The notes under the pieces: generated by a model | Told to the model about the DNA's origin: nothing | The model's database searches: none | The model's input: only the letters and a program-made list of their open reading frames with translations | DNA from: an uncultured bacterium | GTDB taxonomy: Bacteria; Hydrothermota; UBA3072; B12-G15 | Assembly: GCA_965612735.1 (NCBI GenBank) | Contig: CBFDSV010000010.1 | Coordinates: 268 to 64,267, forward strand | Reading direction: 5' to 3' | Length of the DNA stretch: 64,000 bases | Shown here: one piece after another, positions 58,101-64,000 of the stretch | Position numbering within the stretch: position 1 is the first letter of the stretch | Layout of the letters: each line of letters begins with the position of its first letter | Program-made: the position numbers and the translations under genes

Positions 58101-58961
58101 ATTCAGGGTTGATGAACCATCATAGGTTATGTTTGATACAATAAATTCACCAATCTTCATTGTCCTGGGAAGTGATGTGCCTGAGGGTTTTTCTGTATTG
58201 AATGTCCAGACCTGACTCCTGCCACGATTCTTTCCCAGTTCAAAACCATTCTGGTCATATGCCCGCACCTGCCATGCAAAGGTTTTGTTCTGTATAAAAA
58301 ATCGTGTCCTGAAGGTGTATGTAAAACTTGTCCCCTTTATGTTTTCCTTCTTGAACACGGGTCTGTTTGATGCAATTGCCTCCATTGGTGTCTGCCCCTT
58401 CAGAACCTCAACAATAATGAGTGTATAACTCGGCCTTACACCAGACGGAAGTGGTGCAGAGGGTGTCCAGGAAAATGTGATACTCCTTCCCTTTATTGTG
58501 TATCCATCCCTTGGGGTTATCAGTCTTGGTGCTTCAGGTTCAGCAACACTTGCTGAATAACAGTTGCTTCCCAGAAGGACATTGGTTCTAACCTGGAATA
58601 CCCTTATACATATCTGGTAATTGCCTGGTGGTATCTTCCCTGTTCTGACAATGTAGTCCCTGTATTCTGCATTGTATCTCACATTTGTAATCTCTTTTAT
58701 ATCAGAAGGTCTTATCCTGCTTGTGCCAGAGGGAAGTGATAATGTATTGGAATTTGCACGGAATACCTCTCCTGCCTTTGTCTCCGTTATTGTCAATTCA
58801 AGATAAACCTGGTATGTTGTGGATGTTGGATTTGTCAGGTCAACCCACCATAGTTTCTCAACCTCCATTCTGCTGGGTGGTGGTCTGTGTATTCTTACAT
58901 TGATCTGTGCAGAAAGGCTCAGAAAGAGAAAAAAGAAAAGAAAAACAGAATATTTTTTCAT
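55146..58961 (-). CDS. Giant secreted hypothetical protein (1271 aa)
   Basis: AAGGAGGG RBS then MKKYSVFLFFFLFLSLSAQ signal. Two ~130-aa N-terminal Ig-like repeats, long beta-rich remainder, no T9SS tail. First gene of the coupled operon. Confidence 0.5.
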   Translation of the reverse strand: MKKYSVFLFFFLFLSLSAQINVRIHRPPPSRMEVEKLWWVDLTNPTSTTYQVYLELTITETKAGEVFRANSNTLSLPSGTSRIRPSDIKEITNVRYNAEYRDYIVRTGKIPPGNYQICIRVFQVRTNVLLGSNCYSASVAEPEAPRLITPRDGYTIKGRSITFSWTPSAPLPSGVRPSYTLIIVEVLKGQTPMEAIASNRPVFKKENIKGTSFTYTFRTRFFIQNKTFAWQVRAYDQNGFELGKNRGRSQVWTFNTEKPSGTSLPRTMKIGEFIVSNITYDGSSTLNSLSGSGETYVIQTIRNYTNPAAPPIIAVQYKFNVSFSNLKGTQSSPDTITVTEGEIVKDFSPPARVEVYGYPVLLHRVHLWPDSANVTLSVSPTCLASDTGCGGFKFGPFKQKTKPLIEFYRELTPADVPVFVLSGTGIKVRADGELKIDLERRVTPDVGITLLSGHTIENPEMDTSNTGYLYGEYRFTNAVIRPEGFSANMTLSKPWAFVSLEPIGFKVELYNGELTIMNCRVTGARFYEGKVYLPEGENGVSDGKGGKSVASYDTLIVDTTLSISGKLKSLSRIAWGGFELAWTEGNFRLIAGPIEFKPPVSGDTFHGYTGIDTLPGLSIRLKNKDTLIVHSPDSRKPIRFTGHYMCGWMNIGMQGVTGEYNRMREYYPPQEEELGIPGTPGYAAKTSFDAVLGTDLGNRKDTTLNLLFQFAGNSAFNSDLGGYFRIPYPVGSKDSSTAFPFRKLGVTSTASFVGGLVAFKDTIQLDYWGVGISSERGITSIKMGEIIYTNAEIYEPVHFSKGFNIIWGEMLADGNIGRFYFNQNSANQKFDGFYITLDSAALSSYDPSKPGELVVKCGVYIKFFGQPDRMITIHDAKYNKSDPPYYGRYVKIDPKKFMLKRDWGSGLSDMKFQEVGYDEEDQNGFRGTGTPEISLFSSSPIYSKITVDSSIIQICMSSSEHHPLVLPPSNNTTTFGSLWGCATIESDELKRIVIGGRIEATEGLILVASGGGSVEAKMVVTPTMVMFRAAGIMFLDVTGIGNVELTGSVALTCDLAHATLEGEIKGNIDFSAIAAGLEADGQMNWHIEPLSYYLQGRAAVTISGFRLGGGLAGGIYLGVNAPKSKAWVLLDGSSTNRKFGVNIDNLPDKLTGVYGFGDINFDVNFGIFSGGIEIYAGVGAFLNVVGPDETIQYMVGLPLPYVVAVVGIYLHGEILWGLVSAAAWGELEIIPGVTPFAFQGTVGLEGCVLWVMCASVEVTAGFSSSQGFYIE

Positions 58962-58974
58962 ACGGCCCTCCTTT

Positions 58975-59003
58975 ATTTTATAAACCCTACCACAGTGAAA
59001 CAA
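58975..59003 (-). promoter_or_regulatory. Candidate sigma-70 promoter (TTGTTT-17-TAAAAT) for the four-gene envelope operon
   Basis: Minus-strand reading TTGTTTcactgtggtagggtttaTAAAATaaaggagggccgtATG. Confidence 0.35.
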
Positions 59004-59033
59004 AAAATCAAGAAAACAACCTCCAGGACTTTC

Positions 59034-60962
59034 TTAGATGTACTTCTCAAACCACTTGATTATCTGATTGAGTCTTTCTACCCTCCTATCAGGTCTTCCA
59101 TGCCTTGAAAGTTCGTGAGTCTCTCCGGGAAAGACGACAAATTTAACCTTCTTGTCCATCATCTTCATTGCCACATACAGCTCCTCACCCTGATTTATTG
59201 GAGCCCTGAAGTCCATGGTTGAATGGATGATGAGCAGGGGAACATCAATATTCCCTGCATACTTCAGTGGTGACATGTCCCAGAGATACTGATAATCTTC
59301 GTCCTTTCTGATACCACCAGTAAAACTCATGATGAAATGAAAGCCCATGTCAGAACTCAAAAAGGATATTTCATCGTAAACACCCCGCTGGGCTACACCC
59401 ACTTTAAATATCTTTGTGTGGGAGAGAATCCAGGCAGTGGAAAAACCACCGTAACTTCCTCCTAAAAGCCCTATCCTTTCACCATCTATGTATGGGAGTT
59501 TCTTTAATTTCCTCACAAATCTTTTTATGTCCTCTGTATCAGGTATTCCCCACTTCCTGTGCAGGGCAAGGGCAAAATCCTCTCCATACCCTACACTTCC
59601 ATGGGGGTTTGAGAAGAAAACAGCGTATCCCATTGCATTGAGCACATGGAATTCATGGAAAAATGAATATCCATAACAGGCATGAGGCCCTCCATGAACC
59701 TCAACAAGGAGTGGATACTTTTTATTCTTCTTCATGTCTGGTGGTTTCATTATCCAGCCCTCAACAGTATCACCCCCAGAGCCCTTCACTGTAATCCTCT
59801 CTGGATAGGAGAGATCGTATTTTTTTAATAGATTTTTATTGGGTGAAAATACTGGTTTTGACTTTCCAGATTTTTGAACATATATGGTGCATGGGTCAAT
59901 GGGGTTTGATGCTCCAAAAACACATCTATCCTTGTTAGTATCAAATGCCAGTACCTTGAAGTCCCCTGTTATATATGGAGTAAACTCCTTTGTTTTGATA
60001 TTCAGCCTGTATATATTCCCTCTTCCATTTTCTGTTACTGGAAGGAAAACAGATTCACCATCATCAGAAACCTTGAGAAGGTCTATCCTTGAACCTCCCA
60101 GGTCGTCAAGTATGGGAGTTCCAATATACACATCCAATCCCTCTGTCAGTTTTATAAATTCACTGCCCCTGATAGAACGATAGTAGATATGTCCATGCTT
60201 GAATCTGTACTCCTCTGGTTTTTCAAAACCATATATCAAAATTCCCCTGCCATCCTTTGTGTATTGAACCTGTGAAATAAAAAGTTTGATGGGTAACTTT
60301 ATCCTTTTAATCCTTCCACTCTTCACATTCACTATAAAGATATTTGTGAATCTGAATCTTTTCCAGTCAAAGGACTCAGGGGCTGTGCAAAGAATCTGTT
60401 CACCATCAGGTGATACATCCCTCAAACCAAATCTCTTTTCACCTGGAACAATCTCTTTAACCCTACCTGTCTTGATGTTCACTGATACAACAGGGAATAG
60501 TGGTACTTCCTTATAGAAAAAGTTCGCTGTCTTGTAGGGAAGGGATTCTATCTCAAAACATACAACATCCTGTTCAGGGGTTTCATACAGATTTGTGTAG
60601 ATAACTCTTTTGTCAGGTGAAGGGAAAAGATGAAGAGGGGTCTTTTTTTCAAACTCTGCAATAACAAAGGATTCCCCTCCATCAACAGGTATTCCCCTTA
60701 TAAACGATTTTTTTTCTTTACCCGCCTCAATAAAATAAATGGTCTTACCATCTACTGAATACCTTATTGTGTTAAAGTTTTTATCCCTGATAAAGGTTCT
60801 GCACTTTTTCTTCTCAAGAGGGCAGAGTAAAAGGTCTGATGTATAGGAGTACTTCTCCTTTTTCTTTTTTATCCTTTCAATCCTGACAGCAAAAAAATCT
60901 CCTGAGGGAGAAATAACTATCTCCCTCAGGAACTTCAATTTATAAAGGTCTTCGGGTTTCAT
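59034..60962 (-). CDS. S9-family serine peptidase (prolyl oligopeptidase / acylaminoacyl-peptidase type) with N-terminal beta-propeller
   Basis: Catalytic GGSYGG nucleophile elbow, downstream Asp and His regions, N-terminal TolB-like propeller repeats. Confidence 0.8.
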   Translation of the reverse strand: MKPEDLYKLKFLREIVISPSGDFFAVRIERIKKKKEKYSYTSDLLLCPLEKKKCRTFIRDKNFNTIRYSVDGKTIYFIEAGKEKKSFIRGIPVDGGESFVIAEFEKKTPLHLFPSPDKRVIYTNLYETPEQDVVCFEIESLPYKTANFFYKEVPLFPVVSVNIKTGRVKEIVPGEKRFGLRDVSPDGEQILCTAPESFDWKRFRFTNIFIVNVKSGRIKRIKLPIKLFISQVQYTKDGRGILIYGFEKPEEYRFKHGHIYYRSIRGSEFIKLTEGLDVYIGTPILDDLGGSRIDLLKVSDDGESVFLPVTENGRGNIYRLNIKTKEFTPYITGDFKVLAFDTNKDRCVFGASNPIDPCTIYVQKSGKSKPVFSPNKNLLKKYDLSYPERITVKGSGGDTVEGWIMKPPDMKKNKKYPLLVEVHGGPHACYGYSFFHEFHVLNAMGYAVFFSNPHGSVGYGEDFALALHRKWGIPDTEDIKRFVRKLKKLPYIDGERIGLLGGSYGGFSTAWILSHTKIFKVGVAQRGVYDEISFLSSDMGFHFIMSFTGGIRKDEDYQYLWDMSPLKYAGNIDVPLLIIHSTMDFRAPINQGEELYVAMKMMDKKVKFVVFPGETHELSRHGRPDRRVERLNQIIKWFEKYI

Positions 60963-60969
60963 ACAATGT

Positions 60970-61392
60970 TTATTTCTTTACGTTCTTCTCAATCTCTTCT
61001 TTGAGCCATGGAATCACAGAATCACCCTTCATGAGTGAATCAACCTCTGAGGGGTCGCTCATCTTAATCTTGAACATCCAGCCCTTACCATAAGGGTCCT
61101 GATTCACTATGGAGGGGTCATCCTCAAGTTCTTCATTCACCTCAACAATCTCACCTGAAACTGGTGCAAATATCTTACCCATCCACTTCCCCGTCTCATA
61201 GGAACCAACTGCCTCATCCTTTGAGACCTCATCCCCTTCCATTGGAAGTTCAATGAAACTCAATTCACCAGCAAGTTTCTGGGAAAAGTCGTCCATACCA
61301 ATAATTGCGGTGTCTCCATCAACCTTGACCCACATATGTTCCTTGTGGAAATAAAGATCATCAGGAATAAGATATCCTTCATACTCAGCCAT
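60970..61392 (-). CDS. gcvH: Glycine cleavage system H protein (lipoyl carrier)
   Basis: EHMWVK and lipoyl-lysine context ETGKWMGKIFAPVSGEIVEVNEEL. AAGGAGG RBS positions the start at the second Met (MAEYEGY). Confidence 0.8.
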   Translation of the reverse strand: MAEYEGYLIPDDLYFHKEHMWVKVDGDTAIIGMDDFSQKLAGELSFIELPMEGDEVSKDEAVGSYETGKWMGKIFAPVSGEIVEVNEELEDDPSIVNQDPYGKGWMFKIKMSDPSEVDSLMKGDSVIPWLKEEIEKNVKK

Positions 61393-61418
61393 GTTACCTC
61401 CTTTTTTCATTTTTTAAA

Positions 61419-61446
61419 ATCATAGAGAAAGATTTCTCAATGTCAA
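61419..61446 (-). promoter_or_regulatory. Candidate sigma-70 promoter (TTGACA-16-TATGAT) upstream of gcvH
   Basis: Minus-strand reading ctaTTGACAttgagaaatctttctcTATGATttt. Confidence 0.35.
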
Positions 61447-61455
61447 TAGAGATTC

Positions 61456-63861
61456 TCATTTCACAATAAAAAACTTTTTTATTACTGAAGGTTCCGATGA
61501 AATTTTCAGGAAGTAGAGCCCTGGAGGGAGAAAATCCAGTTCCAGAACCCTTCTCTTCTGCTTTTCAACAATTGCTGTCTGAAGAACCCTTCCTGTTATA
61601 TCAATTATCTGAATGGGCAACTCTTTTTCTGTACCATTCATAATAACAACCCTATTTATACCGATGGAGAAACTCACAGTAAAGGGGTTTTCTGTTTTTA
61701 TTGTGATGGATTTTGAGAAGACCTTTTCTGTTCCAAAGTTACCTGATATTCTTAAAACATGGAATCCTTGAGATAGTTTCCCTCTCCACATCCTGGAGTA
61801 CCCAGCAAGGGTTTCAATTGTCTTCCATTCTCCATTTTTTCTTTTCTGTACAGCGAATGATAATGGGTCATTTTCTGATTCCCAGAAGAGGGTCACCACA
61901 TTTCCTGAAACAATTGCTGAAAGATTTATCCTCATTGCTAGCAGTGCTGATATAAAATCTGATTGGGCGCGGGGTGATATTTCATAATCAGAATTATAAG
62001 GGGTGGATGTGTCATACTGCCTGAGAATGCCCTGAATATGCTGATTTGTTATCCAATCAGGTCCCCAACCATCTATGTCCGTATCACTGTCTATCCATAT
62101 ATGGCCTGAATCCCCATTGATGTCAACGATTGTATCAAGCGTGTTCTGGCCGGATGGCCAGGGTGATGAAAAGGCCGTATCCACATTCAGTATAAAGACA
62201 AGTTTGCCCTCGTATGCCTCACCCATCTGGGATACACTGATGGTCTCTGGTGGAGGAACTGTTCCTGTACCGAGTTTTGTTATCCATTGACCAACATAAT
62301 CAAGTTCTGTCTCTCCAGCAAAACTGGTTATGGTTCCAATAACCTTTAGTGATTCTCCCTGATGTATAGACTGGATATAGGTTGCTCCATCGTGGTGGCA
62401 TGCAATCCCTGATGTGGAGTCCTGTATGTAAAAATGTAAGTAAGTTTTTGCAAAGGTACTCTCACCTGCTGTAACTACACCATGAACAATCGCCTCATAT
62501 CCTCCATATACGGGTCTTCCATCTATATCATTCACCCTCAGGTCAATTATATCCATTCTTCCCCAGAAAAATCCCCTTGAGGTATCGGAAAGACTCTCCC
62601 TGCCTCCATTGTCAACCGCCCTTATGAAGAAGGAGTCAAGCCTAACACCCCTATTCTGTCCATTGAGCACACACCTGAAGGTGTCACCACTTTCCTGTTC
62701 CATCTGAATAGAATCAAATCCTGCTGAACTTAACCAGTAGTAAAACATGGCTGTGTCAACACTTCCATTGTCTGTTATGACTGCATGGAAGGTATCAGGT
62801 TGCAGCGCCTCAGGAACATATGGTGTTCTCCATATCCTTCCAATTGAGGGTGGAGGGTCATAAACACTATTTCCCTCACCGGGTGTCCCATAGGTTTCAT
62901 TGGATGCAAGCCAGTTGGCTCCATTTGTATTGTCGTATGAAGGGTCAATGAGTTCAGCACTTGGTCCAGATCCATCCGCCTGTGTTGGCCATGGGCTTGA
63001 GTCATCATAGGGAACACTATCAACAAGTGTAGAGTCTGAATTTCTCAACCATATCACCTCACCCCCATTGGAGAGACTGACAGCAGTCATATTCCCGATT
63101 ACCTGGTCATTTCCATTCAGTATATCATCCTGATACTCACTGACTGATTGGAGGGAATCCATGTTTTTTGTTATAATGAGGTATTCTGCTGGAGGAAGTT
63201 CAATAGCCGGTATTATGAACGAACCATTATTATCTAACAAAAGCCACCTTGTTAAATTGACCGTATCAGAACTGGGATTGTAAATTTCAAGCCACTCAAA
63301 GTAGTTATCATCACCAAGGGATGTGGATGGATTATACATAATTTCATTTATTACAACCCCTGAATCTTCATGGGAAGGCATGCTGAAAACCGCCCTGTCT
63401 ACGTATATTACAGCATCACCATCCCAGGAACCTGAAACATCATAGAATCTGATCTGGGCTACTGCAGAATCTGCACCTGATGGTGGTCTCAAAGTATCTG
63501 TGGTTAGAACCTGCCAGTATGGTTTATCAACTGAGTAACTCCCATCATAGTATCCAGATATGTAGGAACCGTTTCCATACCAGAGCACACAAACCCTTGC
63601 CCTTCCAGCAGGGTCATTATCAAAAACAAAGAAGGTGAAAACATATAAACTATCTTCACTGATTGAAGGAACAGCATTGCTCAACCTCTGGGTTGTTGTT
63701 GAGTTAAAATAAATTCTGCAGGAGGAACCTCCATGAAAAACAGTATCGGTATTTTCAGTCATGGTTATGGCAGATGTCGCATCCCAGGAAGTAGGCAGAC
63801 CACCTGACCAGTTCTCAAAGTCTCCATTAAGAATAAGATTACCAAGAATTAAAAAAATCAT
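61456..63861 (-). CDS. Secreted lamin-tail-domain (LTD) protein with CBM-like N-terminus and T9SS C-terminal sorting domain
   Basis: AGGAGG RBS. N-terminal NGDFENW motif typical of CBM4/9-like modules. LTD signature VINEIMYNPS...DDNYFEWLEIYN. C-terminus IQIIDITGRVL...GLYFLKISS...K. Confidence 0.6.
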   Translation of the reverse strand: MIFLILGNLILNGDFENWSGGLPTSWDATSAITMTENTDTVFHGGSSCRIYFNSTTTQRLSNAVPSISEDSLYVFTFFVFDNDPAGRARVCVLWYGNGSYISGYYDGSYSVDKPYWQVLTTDTLRPPSGADSAVAQIRFYDVSGSWDGDAVIYVDRAVFSMPSHEDSGVVINEIMYNPSTSLGDDNYFEWLEIYNPSSDTVNLTRWLLLDNNGSFIIPAIELPPAEYLIITKNMDSLQSVSEYQDDILNGNDQVIGNMTAVSLSNGGEVIWLRNSDSTLVDSVPYDDSSPWPTQADGSGPSAELIDPSYDNTNGANWLASNETYGTPGEGNSVYDPPPSIGRIWRTPYVPEALQPDTFHAVITDNGSVDTAMFYYWLSSAGFDSIQMEQESGDTFRCVLNGQNRGVRLDSFFIRAVDNGGRESLSDTSRGFFWGRMDIIDLRVNDIDGRPVYGGYEAIVHGVVTAGESTFAKTYLHFYIQDSTSGIACHHDGATYIQSIHQGESLKVIGTITSFAGETELDYVGQWITKLGTGTVPPPETISVSQMGEAYEGKLVFILNVDTAFSSPWPSGQNTLDTIVDINGDSGHIWIDSDTDIDGWGPDWITNQHIQGILRQYDTSTPYNSDYEISPRAQSDFISALLAMRINLSAIVSGNVVTLFWESENDPLSFAVQKRKNGEWKTIETLAGYSRMWRGKLSQGFHVLRISGNFGTEKVFSKSITIKTENPFTVSFSIGINRVVIMNGTEKELPIQIIDITGRVLQTAIVEKQKRRVLELDFLPPGLYFLKISSEPSVIKKFFIVK

Positions 63862-63882
63862 AACGCACCTCCTGAAGATTTA

Positions 63883-63911
63883 ATTATAACAACCATACTC
63901 CTGCCTGTCAA
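63883..63911 (-). promoter_or_regulatory. Perfect-consensus sigma-70 promoter (TTGACA-17-TATAAT) for the LTD T9SS cargo gene
   Basis: Minus-strand reading aagTTGACAggcaggagtatggttgtTATAATtaaatcttcAGGAGGtgcgttATG. Confidence 0.5.
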
Positions 63912-64000
63912 CTTTGGGAGGGAAAATTTAAAATATACTGAAGACATTAAATCAGATTCTCTCCTGACTTCTAATCTAAATTTTTCTTCAGTTCAAGAAG

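Overview
The window is a 64-kb chromosomal segment from an AT-rich bacterium, mostly housekeeping genes interleaved with large secreted proteins. At least six proteins end in a T9SS (Por-type) C-terminal sorting domain and several signal peptides are lipoprotein-type, which suggests an FCB-group (Bacteroidota-related or candidate-phylum) organism. This lineage guess is inference only.

Main blocks, 5' to 3':
- **1 to 9.5 kb:** a partial T9SS cargo protein, rpoD-dnaG, an Ogg2-type glycosylase, nrdR coupled to a large membrane protein, an EndoIII-like glycosylase, lgt and an RnfB-like Fe-S protein.
- **9.6 to 15.8 kb:** a beta-helix T9SS cargo protein, a Het-C/PLC-like hypothetical and a split saccharopine-pathway pair (LKR-like plus SDH-like).
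- **15.85 to 16.9 kb:** a Y1 (IS200-like) transposase fused to a DnaA-type HTH, flanked by a near-perfect 23 to 28 bp inverted repeat.
- **16.9 to 22.0 kb:** a GT4 glycosyltransferase and a thiol-redox island (ZAS-like zinc finger, PDO, trxB, grx, Nox/CoADR, TlpA-like).
- **22.0 to 30.5 kb:** a TsaC-LMW phosphatase fusion, then the ten-gene string rplM-rpsI-rpsB-tsf-pyrH-frr-uppS-cdsA-dxr-rseP with a consensus promoter and a bidirectional terminator.
- **30.6 to 36.4 kb:** a BNR-repeat T9SS cargo, a vWA lipoprotein, fadD-like and capA-like genes.
- **36.3 to 39.4 kb:** a GntR-ABC-ABC2-DUF4097 operon with a palindromic operator.
- **39.5 to 46.9 kb:** bioY, a HlyD/ABC/ABC-2 efflux set, a hypothetical membrane protein, nadA and rlmI.
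- **47.0 to 49.6 kb:** a T9SS-tailed protein translationally coupled to two MalFG-type permeases.
- **49.6 to 59.0 kb:** a four-gene, translationally coupled operon of uncharacterised envelope proteins (1271 aa, 790 aa FN3 array, 506 aa, 533-aa beta-barrel). I consider this the best candidate for an undescribed surface system.
- **59.0 to 63.9 kb:** an S9 peptidase, gcvH and an LTD-domain T9SS cargo.

No rRNA, tRNA or CRISPR was recognised.
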